From contig JAPLVB010000011.1 of NCBI GenBank assembly GCA_026397335.1, positions 1 to 46,981 on the forward strand: 46,981 bases of DNA, given 5' to 3'. The stretch is from Candidatus Aenigmatarchaeota archaeon (GTDB lineage: Archaea; Aenigmatarchaeota; Aenigmatarchaeia; QMZP01). Below are positions 8,165 through 15,416 of this stretch, piece after piece (within the stretch, counting starts at the first letter, position 1; each line of letters starts with the position of its first letter). A model generated the notes under the pieces. That model did no database searches and was not told the origin of the DNA. It saw nothing but the letters and a program-made list of their open reading frames with translations. A program made the position numbers and the translations under genes.

Positions 8165-9172
8165 ATGGCACTGGCAGACTTCCAGGGAAGGATAAAGAAG
8201 CTGAGGAGCCTGATGGAAAAAAACAGGCTTGATGCCTGCCTCATTAACAGCAGGAATGATGTTTATTATTACACAGGAAATGACATAGGGGATTCCTGCT
8301 TCCTTCTAATCTCGGAAGCCAAGCCCTGTATTTTTGTCACATCTCTCAGCAACGAGATAGAGTCAGCCAAAGAGTTCAACGCCATTTTCATAAAAGGAGT
8401 TTCAGACATCTCAAAAAGATTAAAGAGATTCAGGAGAGTTGGGTTTGATGAGTATTCAACGAGTTATAAGGTTTTTTCAGATCTGAAAAAATCCAAACCG
8501 GTTCTGAAGCCATCAGCATCCATAATCAAGGAGCCAAGGATGGTAAAGGACGAATGGGAAATGGAGCAAATATCAAAAGCAGCGGGTATTACCGCAAAAA
8601 CAATGTCCAACCTTGGAGAGATTTTAGGCAAGTCTGAGACAGACCTCTCTGAACAAATAGAGTTATCATTCAGAAAAGCGGGAGCAAAGCCATCTTTCGA
8701 TACAATAATTGCTTCCGGAAAGCATTCAGCCTTTATCCATCACAAGCCAGACAAAGCCATGATAAAGCAGGATGATCTGGTAATAATTGACATTGGCGCC
8801 GTTTTCAACAGCTACTGCTCAGACATGACTAGGACCTTCTGCAAGAAGCCAGGCCCTAAGGAAAGGAAGATAATCGAAAACATATCAGGAATCCAAGGTG
8901 AACTTATAGACATGGCAAAAGATGGGATCAAATACGATGACATGCAGAAGCGTTATGAAGCGCTCCTCAAAAGAAAGGGGTACAAGCTCTTGCATTCATT
9001 CGGTCATGGAATTGGGATAGGTGTTCATGAAAGGCCTGCAAAAGGCGATACTCTAAAATCAGGGATGGTAATTACAGTGGAACCGGGGACTTACATAAAA
9101 GGGTTTGGCGGCTACAGAATAGAAGATATGGTAATTGTAAGGAAGGGGAGATCCAAAATCCTTACAAGATGA
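8165..9172 (+). CDS. M24B Xaa-Pro aminopeptidase/dipeptidase
   Basis: DIGAVFNSYCSDMTRT, HSFGHGIGIGVHERP and EPGTYI...GGYRIEDMV metal-ligand motifs. The ATG at 8165 is preferred over 8129. Confidence 0.85.
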   Translation: MALADFQGRIKKLRSLMEKNRLDACLINSRNDVYYYTGNDIGDSCFLLISEAKPCIFVTSLSNEIESAKEFNAIFIKGVSDISKRLKRFRRVGFDEYSTSYKVFSDLKKSKPVLKPSASIIKEPRMVKDEWEMEQISKAAGITAKTMSNLGEILGKSETDLSEQIELSFRKAGAKPSFDTIIASGKHSAFIHHKPDKAMIKQDDLVIIDIGAVFNSYCSDMTRTFCKKPGPKERKIIENISGIQGELIDMAKDGIKYDDMQKRYEALLKRKGYKLLHSFGHGIGIGVHERPAKGDTLKSGMVITVEPGTYIKGFGGYRIEDMVIVRKGRSKILTR

Positions 9173-9181
9173 TTCTGGAAA

Positions 9182-9240
9182 GAAGGTGGATTTCAGTTAG
9201 AAGGTGTCTCTTGACACCTTCAGTCTAACGTTCCACCTTC
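9182..9240. repeat. 59-nt nested-hairpin element (copy C) between convergent genes
   Basis: Outer stem GAAGGTGGA (9182-9190) pairs with TCCACCTTC (9232-9240). Inner hairpin GAAGGTGTC-TCTT-GACACCTTC (9200-9221) is identical to 16640-16661. Confidence 0.85.
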
Positions 9241-9249
9241 AACCTCAAA

Positions 9250-9546
9250 CTAAACAACGCCTTCTTTCGCTTTCTTCGTTTCCTCTTCCTCAACAGGAGC
9301 TGTCACATGCTTTATTATGACTATATCCCCTATTGCCTGGACCATCGGGAAAGGCACGATAAGACCTTTCTTGTTCCCCACCATTTTTGAAAGGTAGGAA
9401 CCCTTCATGGCGTTTATAACAAGAGACCTAAGCTTGAACCTCTTTATGTCACACTCGACATCCTCAACCTTTCCGCAGTACAATCCCTTGTCAGTGAAAA
9501 CATCCTTTGACCATGTCTGGGAAACGCTGGATATCCTGATAGCCAT
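9250..9546 (-). CDS. PRC-barrel domain protein
   Basis: About 98 aa with a V..KGLY.GKVEDVE.D......L.I layout typical of archaeal PRC-barrel proteins. The ATG at 9546 is preferred. Confidence 0.55.
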   Translation of the reverse strand: MAIRISSVSQTWSKDVFTDKGLYCGKVEDVECDIKRFKLRSLVINAMKGSYLSKMVGNKKGLIVPFPMVQAIGDIVIIKHVTAPVEEEETKKAKEGVV

Positions 9547-9719
9547 ATAATCACCCCATTTCTTGGAAAGACGGCTTTGCTCACGCAAAATAAGCCGTCG
9601 ATTGAACGGTTACCCTAATACCATTCACAATATACTAATATTGCGGGAATGCTTATAAAAGTATTGTGTAACCAGCATAATCTAACGCTATTCCTTCTTG
9701 AACCGTGACAAAAATTGAG

Positions 9720-9852
9720 CGCTGGGAGAGGGATTTGAACCCTCGCGTGCTTTCGCACACAGGTTGTTTGCAATTTTCCGTTAACGCTTTTGCGCGAAGC
9801 GGAAAAGGGTTATAGCAAACCTGCGCCTTAAACCTAGCTCGGCCATCCCAGC
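9720..9852 (-). tRNA. tRNA-Ser(GCU), class II, with an intron of about 47 nt at the canonical 37/38 position
   Basis: Sense strand reads GCTGGGA...CAGGT-TTGCTA[intron]A-ACCTG, with variable arm TGTGCGAAAGCACGC, T-arm GAGGG-TTCAAAT-CCCTC, then TCCCAGC-G. Confidence 0.8.
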
Positions 9853-9870
9853 ACATTCATTCTAGGTAAG

Positions 9871-9943
9871 TGGACCGACCGGGATTTGAACCCGGAGCCT
9901 CTGCCATGCCGAGACAGCGATCTACCAGTTGATCTATCGGCCC
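9871..9943 (-). tRNA. tRNA-Ala(GGC), intron-less, G3:U70 present, C at position 33
   Basis: The 73-nt sense sequence GGGCCGATAGATCAACTGGTAGATCGCTGTCTCGGCATGGCAGAGGCTCCGGGTTCAAATCCCGGTCGGTCCA fits standard numbering exactly. Confidence 0.85.
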
Positions 9944-9944
9944 G

Positions 9945-10050
9945 TGGGTCGGGGCAGAATTGAACTGCCGACCTCTGCCTTGTAAGGGCAGCGTCTCAGT
10001 CGGAAAGGCGTCCTTCGGACGTCCACCTATAACCACTAGACCACCGACCC
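9945..10050 (-). tRNA. tRNA-Val(UAC) with a 32-nt intron inside the D-arm (21/22 to 23/24)
   Basis: Sense strand reads GGGTCGG-TG-GTCT-AGTGGTTAT-AG[GTGGACGTCCGAAGGACGCCTTTCCGACTGAG]AC-G-CTGCC-CTTACAA-GGCAG..GGCAG-TTCAATT-CTGCC-CCGACCC-A. Confidence 0.75.
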
Positions 10051-10123
10051 AAGCGGTTTATATAGTTTATGCAAGTCTATATATTTTTATATTTAAAAGC
10101 CCCTAATCGCTTAAGAAAAGCAC
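10051..10123. promoter_or_regulatory. divergent tRNA promoter region
   Basis: A/T-rich spacer gtttatatagtttatgc...tatatatttttatatttaaaag has TATA-like boxes about 25 nt from each tRNA 5' end. Confidence 0.4.
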
Positions 10124-10271
10124 GCATCAGTAGTCTAGTGGCAGGACACAGGCTTCCCAAGCCTGTAATGCGGGTTCGATTCGAGATTGAAGGCGGAACG
10201 ATAGAGAGAAGGCGCCGAAGCGCCTTCCAGCCGAAATCCGCCTTCCTTCCAAGAAACTCCCGCCTGATGCA
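10124..10271 (+). tRNA. tRNA-Gly(CCC) with a 77-nt intron at the T-loop/T-stem junction (60/61 or 61/62)
   Basis: GCATCAG-TA-GTCT-AGTGGCA-GGAC-A-CAGGC-TTCCCAA-GCCTG-TAAT-GCGGG-TTCGATT-[intron 10182/3-10258/9]-CCCGC-CTGATGC-A. The mature length would be 71 nt. Confidence 0.8.
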
Positions 10272-10273
10272 TC

Positions 10274-10879
10274 ATGATAAAAGCCATTATTTTCGACATA
10301 GGCGGGGTTGTCATAAACGATGATTTCCTGTCTTACGCGGAAAGATTCACAAAAAAGACAGGAATGACAAAGGAACAGATTTATCGCTCAGTTATAGGAA
10401 GCAGTGAATGGAGGCTTTATTTCAAGGGCAAAATAACAGGGGAGGAAGTCTGGAAAGCAATAAAAAGCAAATACCTGCCTCCGGACATTGCGGAAGATAT
10501 TAGAAAAACATGGAAGGATATACTTGTCCCCATACCCGCAACTATAGAGCTCATAAAAAAGCTGAAACCTAGATACAAAATCTGCTTCATTTCAAATGTG
10601 GACAAAGACACTGCCCTGCATGTCAGGAAGAAGTATCCGGAAATTTTCAGGCTCTTTAACGGCGAAGTGTTTTCATACAAAACCGGGATGGCAAAACCGG
10701 AAAAGGAAATTTACGAGCATGCACTCAAAGAATTCAGGCTAAAACCGGAGGAATGCATATTCATAGACAACCAGCCCGAGAACATAGCTCCGGCGAAGGA
10801 ACTGGGTATAAATGCAATAAGGTTCCGGGGAATCGGAAAGCTGAAGGAGGCGCTGAGAACCATGGGGATAAAGTTCTGA
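10274..10879 (+). CDS. HAD-superfamily hydrolase (subfamily IA)
   Basis: IIFDIGGVV motif I, SNV motif II, and K...DN motifs III/IV. Confidence 0.75.
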   Translation: MIKAIIFDIGGVVINDDFLSYAERFTKKTGMTKEQIYRSVIGSSEWRLYFKGKITGEEVWKAIKSKYLPPDIAEDIRKTWKDILVPIPATIELIKKLKPRYKICFISNVDKDTALHVRKKYPEIFRLFNGEVFSYKTGMAKPEKEIYEHALKEFRLKPEECIFIDNQPENIAPAKELGINAIRFRGIGKLKEALRTMGIKF

Positions 10880-11036
10880 TTTTCAGGGAAATTCTATCCT
10901 GCACTTGAGCATCTCCCTTATCTTGCTTGCGTATTCATCCCTCTTTTCGGGAAAGGCTTCAAGGTCTTTTTTCAGTTCGTTCAGATACGCAGGAAGAGCT
11001 CTGTCACCAACAGCGTAAATCTTTTAAGCTTATATT

Positions 11037-11309
11037 GTGCGTGCACAATCCTTTCTTATGGTATTCCAGGTTCTTAACCGCCTCAAATGGAAAGGTGGAC
11101 TTGAAAAGTGCGAGATTATAATTCTTCACAGGGGAGCCCCAGGAGACAGGAAAACAATATACGGCTCGCATGTTACTGAGATACGCAGGTCTTATTTCTC
11201 TTACAAAAATGGCAGAGAGATCACAATCCCCTTGCACAGGATTCTGGAAGTCAGGCTAGAAGAAAAAATGATATGGAAAAGGAAAGAAAAACCACAAAAA
11301 CAGAATTAG
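11037..11309 (+). CDS. MJ1316/DUF504-family RNA cyclic-end recognition domain protein
   Basis: VLNRLKW....E..I.I.HRGAPGD...I.G..........F......IPLHRI..V......IWKR matches the family pattern. An alternative start is at 11058. A 7-bp inverted repeat ATTGTGC/GCACAAT sits at the start. Confidence 0.6.
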   Translation: MRAQSFLMVFQVLNRLKWKGGLEKCEIIILHRGAPGDRKTIYGSHVTEIRRSYFSYKNGREITIPLHRILEVRLEEKMIWKRKEKPQKQN

Positions 11310-12005
11310 TATCGGCTGGTGTATAAAGTAAATCAAGAGCGAGTTTCTTCCCAGGAAACGCAGCGGGATTATAACCCGACTGTTTGAAAAATCTCTTATC
11401 CCGAATCTTTTTCCCCCTTCTGGATAAAGCAGGTTTCCTAAAAAAACCCCTATTAGGAACAATCCAAACCACGGGAAAATCGGGACATAATCCACGCTAT
11501 AAAAGCCTTCTGGCTTGAAACCGAGCCACACAAGCCACGGAAAGCCAAAAGCGAGGTTTTGCAGATAGATTCCTATTAGTATAAACAAAATCCCCAGGAA
11601 AAGGCTCAGTCTCTTGTTTTTGACAAGCAAATGTCCCAGAATAATTGAAATCCCAATCAAATGCAGAATCCCGAACAGGATGAAGTCCTGCTTCAGAAAT
11701 ATCCAGGTCACAAGGGTTATGAGCATTCCCAGACCGAAGATTTTTGCCCCCCTTAGCAGGTATTTCTTGTGGATTTCACGGGAGGGCCTGTTCCTGACCT
11801 TTGAATAGCTGAGTGTAAGGGATATTCCTGCCAGAAGAATAAACATGGACACAACTAGCCTTGCAAAAAACAGCCAGAAGCCAGAATATATGTTAATGCT
11901 GTAAATTCCAAAAAAGCTGACATCTGTGACAAAATTGGAAATGACCATAAGGATTATGGCAATGCCGCGCAAGGAATCTATTTCCCACAGTCTCTTGGCA
12001 TGCAT
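11256..12005 (-). CDS. DUF1624-type polytopic membrane (acyltransferase-like) protein
   Basis: RLWEIDSLRGIAIILMV N-terminus and about 8 TM helices. Its 3' end overlaps the convergent gene by 54 nt. Confidence 0.6.
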   Translation of the reverse strand: MHAKRLWEIDSLRGIAIILMVISNFVTDVSFFGIYSINIYSGFWLFFARLVVSMFILLAGISLTLSYSKVRNRPSREIHKKYLLRGAKIFGLGMLITLVTWIFLKQDFILFGILHLIGISIILGHLLVKNKRLSLFLGILFILIGIYLQNLAFGFPWLVWLGFKPEGFYSVDYVPIFPWFGLFLIGVFLGNLLYPEGGKRFGIRDFSNSRVIIPLRFLGRNSLLIYFIHQPILILFLWFFFPFPYHFFF

Positions 12006-12042
12006 GAGGATATTTTGGATTTTAGGGATATATTATTGGAGA

Positions 12043-12096
12043 GAAGGTGTTTTCATATCATTAACCATACAATCTGTTAATGATACGAACACCTTC
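12043..12096. repeat. 54-nt nested-hairpin element (copy K), 11 nt after the rtcA stop
   Basis: Outer stem GAAGGTGTT pairs with AACACCTTC. Inner stem ATCATTAAC pairs with GTTAATGAT. The inner hairpin is nearly identical to the one at 28218-28246. Confidence 0.8.
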
Positions 12097-12107
12097 ATTC
12101 GTTTTTA

Positions 12108-13130
12108 TTAACCAGGCTGACCGTTACACTCAATCCTGTTTCCCTTAACCTTGAATTTCACATCCAGAAATCTCTCTATAACACTCATGTTCGTTTTTGC
12201 ATGCTGCGTAACTCGTGCCACACTCACCTCTGATTTGCCCTTGGCAAGGGCCAGATAAGGTAGAATCTGGTCAGCCATCCATTCATCCAGGCATGCTCCT
12301 GAATCCAGATTTCTCTTCAGGAGGGAGGCTGCCTCCTGGCCAACCTTCTCGGCACCCTTTCCTCGTTCCCCTATGGAACTTGCCCCAAGGAAGCAGTTTC
12401 CAAAGAATGAAACCAGTGTTATTGCCGAACCCGGAGAGAGGGAGGGAACGTATTTCACGGATTTCTTAACTTCACCGAGGACTTTCTCCGCAGCTTCCAT
12501 CTGCCTCTCCGCGACATGGTTTTTTACCAAATCCTTTGAGGCAGAGCTCCAGCCTTCCGTAAAAACATGCTTTCCCCTGGAAGTCAGGCTAACCGGTATG
12601 AGAAGCGATGAAGGCTTCACAATTACCATTATTTTCCCGCCACCCTTCGGGTAGAATCCATAAGAAAGGGTTTCGGATTCAACATTCGCGCCCATCTTGC
12701 CAATAAACTCACAGAAGACGTGACGAAAGTAGCCTGTTGTCGGGCTCCAGTTCACATGACTCCCGCCCGTTATCTCAAATATAAGCTCTTTCCCGGCAAC
12801 AACAGCCGGAATCATAAGGGTCTGCAGGACAAGCGTGACAGAGCCTGCTGTTCCCACATCTATCTGCAGCTTCTGCTCCGAAATTTCCTTGGGATAAAAT
12901 TCTATTTCCTGGGAGCCGATTTTCAGGCCTTTCACCTGCGCATTGCAGAGCTTTGCAGCCGCCTCTATCCCCTTGAGATGCTGGGCCTTGAGGCCGGGGA
13001 CAGGGCGACCTTTCCTTATGTTGAAGATTTTCACGGGTTTCCCAGTAACACAGGAAAGGCCTATGGCAGTCCTAACTATCTGGCCTCCGGCTTCCAAGTG
13101 ACCGCCATCTATTGTCAGAATTTCCGGCAT
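12108..13130 (-). CDS. rtcA: RNA 3'-terminal phosphate cyclase
   Basis: GGQIVRTAIGLS...IFNIRKGRPVPGLKAQHL signature, 340 aa. Confidence 0.9.
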   Translation of the reverse strand: MPEILTIDGGHLEAGGQIVRTAIGLSCVTGKPVKIFNIRKGRPVPGLKAQHLKGIEAAAKLCNAQVKGLKIGSQEIEFYPKEISEQKLQIDVGTAGSVTLVLQTLMIPAVVAGKELIFEITGGSHVNWSPTTGYFRHVFCEFIGKMGANVESETLSYGFYPKGGGKIMVIVKPSSLLIPVSLTSRGKHVFTEGWSSASKDLVKNHVAERQMEAAEKVLGEVKKSVKYVPSLSPGSAITLVSFFGNCFLGASSIGERGKGAEKVGQEAASLLKRNLDSGACLDEWMADQILPYLALAKGKSEVSVARVTQHAKTNMSVIERFLDVKFKVKGNRIECNGQPG

Positions 13131-13148
13131 AATAAGAAATTGTTTTGG

Positions 13149-14396
13149 TTATACTTTAATCTTGTCCCCGTTGGCAGGCGCATAAGCGTCAAATCCCATA
13201 TGCTTCAGCTCCTGGGCAAATTCAGGAGTCCTGTCACCATGCACGAGAACTATTTTTCCGGGGTTAGTCTTCTTGAAGAATTCTATAAGGTGGTCATGAT
13301 CGGTGTGAGCCGAGAAGTCTATCTGTTCGACTTTCATATTCGGTTTGATGTCTAACCCTTCGTTTATGTATCTTCCTGTATCCAAGAGTTTCCTTCCAAC
13401 TGTTCCCTCCACCTGAAATCCACTGATAACCATAGTACAGTTCTCGCGTTTGTGGAGTCTTTTTATGTAATATCCGATGGGGCCCCCGTTAAGCATCCCT
13501 GCGGTTGTTATCACGATGCATGGCTTGCTTAGTATGGCTTCCCTCTGCGAGGATTTTGCTATCTTGTGCGCCTTTCCAAAAGCCTTCTTAAGCCTTTCAA
13601 TATTCCTTACAGACTCGGGATAAGACATGATTACCTCAGTAGCGGTTATGCCCATTCCATCCAAGTAAATGGGAAATCCAAGGTCATGAAGGATAAGGAG
13701 CAGCTCCTGTGTTCTTCCCACGGCGAATGTCGGAAGGAGAAGTATCCCATTATTGTAAATTGTTTCCTGTGCAATTTCCCTCAACCTATCCTCTGCCGCT
13801 GTCCTCTCGGGATGATTTTTATGGGAGTAAGTGGCCTCGGTAATAAGCATGTCTATGTTCTGATAAGAAAGCGCGGCAGCCTTCATGAGCTGCGTGTCTA
13901 TAAAATTTATGTCACCCGTGAACATTACCCTCTTCTGGTTGGAATTTATTATGAAAGAAACGCTTCCCGGTACATGGCCTGATGAATGGACTTCTACAAC
14001 AGATGAGCCCACATGTTCTTTGCGGCCGAATTCAACAATCTTTTTCTTCCGCTCCATTTCCTTTATGTCATGGGCCATGTACATAGGCTCTATCCCGTTC
14101 CTATCCTGAATTTTCAGGGAATCCCTCAGAAGCAGGGAAGACAGGTCGAATGTGACTCCGGTTCCGTAAACATTCCCTCCATAGCCGCTTTTGTAAAGGC
14201 CCGGAACATATCCGGAATGGTCAAGCTGCGCATGGCTGAGAAGAATAGCATCCAAAGGAAGCTTGGGCTTTATGGGCATTTCAAAGCTCTGGACCTCAAT
14301 CCCGTGGTCAAGAATGAATTTTTCTGTTCCAGTTTCCAGAAGAACAGACAGCCTTCCAACCTCCCTTCCTCCTCCAAGTATTGTGATTTCAGGCAT
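13149..14396 (-). CDS. beta-CASP metallo-beta-lactamase-fold ribonuclease (aCPSF2-like, no KH domains)
   Basis: SHAQLDHSG (variant of HxHxDH), SGHVPGS, FTGD, ITEATY, FSAHTD and LVHGD motifs. The MPEITILGGG start at 14396 is preferred. Confidence 0.8.
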   Translation of the reverse strand: MPEITILGGGREVGRLSVLLETGTEKFILDHGIEVQSFEMPIKPKLPLDAILLSHAQLDHSGYVPGLYKSGYGGNVYGTGVTFDLSSLLLRDSLKIQDRNGIEPMYMAHDIKEMERKKKIVEFGRKEHVGSSVVEVHSSGHVPGSVSFIINSNQKRVMFTGDINFIDTQLMKAAALSYQNIDMLITEATYSHKNHPERTAAEDRLREIAQETIYNNGILLLPTFAVGRTQELLLILHDLGFPIYLDGMGITATEVIMSYPESVRNIERLKKAFGKAHKIAKSSQREAILSKPCIVITTAGMLNGGPIGYYIKRLHKRENCTMVISGFQVEGTVGRKLLDTGRYINEGLDIKPNMKVEQIDFSAHTDHDHLIEFFKKTNPGKIVLVHGDRTPEFAQELKHMGFDAYAPANGDKIKV

Positions 14397-14407
14397 ACAG
14401 AACAACT

Positions 14408-14419
14408 TTCTATAAATAT
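14408..14419 (+). promoter_or_regulatory. TATA-like box for the RuBisCO gene
   Basis: tttctataaata is centred about 25 nt upstream of the ATG at 14439, which implies a leaderless or short-leader transcript. Confidence 0.4.
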
Positions 14420-14438
14420 CCAAAAGTAATTTAATATT

Positions 14439-15401
14439 ATGTCTTACTTGGATTTAAGCTACAAGCCGAAAAGTGATTTAGTCTGCGAATTCTATCTGGA
14501 GCCGGCAAAAGGAATTTCTATAAAGGACGCTGCTGAGCATATTGCAGGAGAATCCTCAATAGGCACATGGACTGAAGTCTCCACATCAACCCCGCGAATC
14601 AGGAAAATGGCTGCAAAAGTCTTCTCAATAAAAGGCAATTACGTGAAGATAGCATACCCCCAGGAGCTTTTCGAGCCTGGAAACATGCCGCAGATAATGA
14701 GCAGTATAGCAGGGAACATATTCGGGATGAAGGCTATCGAGAATCTAAGGCTTGAAGACATAGATTTCCCGAAAGAGATTGCGAAATCGTTCAAAGGCCC
14801 TGAAATCGGGCTTGATGACCTGAGAAAAATCAGCGGAATAAAAGGACGGCCAATCCTGGGAACAATATACAAGCCCAAGCTGGGCATGAATCCGAAAGAG
14901 ATGGAAGACCTTGCGTATAAAGTCTATTCCTCAGGGCTTGACTACACAAAGGACGACGAGAACCTCTGCTCAATGAGTTTCAACAAATTCGAGGACAGGG
15001 TTTCAAGGATTCTTGGCGTTGCTGACAGAATCAAAAGCGAGCAGGGGAGGACAGTTATTTACGCGGCAAACATAACCGCTCCTGCGCATGAAATGCTCAA
15101 GCGTGCGCAGTTCGTTAAGGATCATGGCGGGAAATGCATAATGATTGACATAATGACAGCAGGCTGGAGCGGTCTTCAGTACATAAGGGAACAGAACCTC
15201 GGGATGATAATCCACGCACACAGGGCAATGCACGCAGCCATCACGAGGAATCCCAAGCATGGGATTTCCATGCTTTCAATCGCGAAGGCCGCAAGGCTTG
15301 TAGGAGTGACAGCCCTGCACACAGGCACTGTTGTCGGAAAGATGGAAGGCCCAAAAGATGAGGTTATAGAGATAGACAATTTCCGCAAGTCGGATTTCTA
15401 A
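14439..15401 (+). CDS. rbcL: RuBisCO large subunit, form III-like, N-terminal 320 codons (ends at tandem TAA TGA)
   Basis: GTWTEV, GNIFG, TKDDEN (carbamyl-Lys), HAHRAMHAA and GKMEG (loop 6) are all present. Confidence 0.85.
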   Translation: MSYLDLSYKPKSDLVCEFYLEPAKGISIKDAAEHIAGESSIGTWTEVSTSTPRIRKMAAKVFSIKGNYVKIAYPQELFEPGNMPQIMSSIAGNIFGMKAIENLRLEDIDFPKEIAKSFKGPEIGLDDLRKISGIKGRPILGTIYKPKLGMNPKEMEDLAYKVYSSGLDYTKDDENLCSMSFNKFEDRVSRILGVADRIKSEQGRTVIYAANITAPAHEMLKRAQFVKDHGGKCIMIDIMTAGWSGLQYIREQNLGMIIHAHRAMHAAITRNPKHGISMLSIAKAARLVGVTALHTGTVVGKMEGPKDEVIEIDNFRKSDF

Positions 15402-15416
15402 TGAATCAAAAAAATC

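Noticed and set aside
10007-10024. 14-nt identity between the tRNA-Val intron hairpin and 17228-17241, as evidence for a shared mobile element
   Set aside because: By a rough N^2/4^14 estimate, several chance 14-mer matches are expected in a 47-kb window on two strands. It is kept only as a side note under the porG finding.
9653-10323. Track ORFs 9653-9856 (-) and 10069-10323 (+), and the first 75 codons of 7084-7530 (+)
   Set aside because: They are translations of tRNA genes and their introns. The FQPKSAF peptide in 10069-10323 is simply the hairpin element read in frame.
10883-11020. Minus-strand reading frame encoding ...YAVGDRALPAYLNELKKDLEAFPEKRDEYASKIREMLKCRIEFP downstream of the HAD gene
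   Set aside because: The frame is bounded upstream by TAA and has no ATG, GTG or TTG until seven codons before its stop. It cannot be supported as a gene.
15399-15404. Stop-codon recoding (Sec, Pyl or a reassigned stop) as the explanation for the RuBisCO interruption
   Set aside because: Two different stop codons (TAA and TGA) sit in tandem, and both are used as genuine terminators by many well-supported genes in this window. No SECIS-like structure is obvious downstream.
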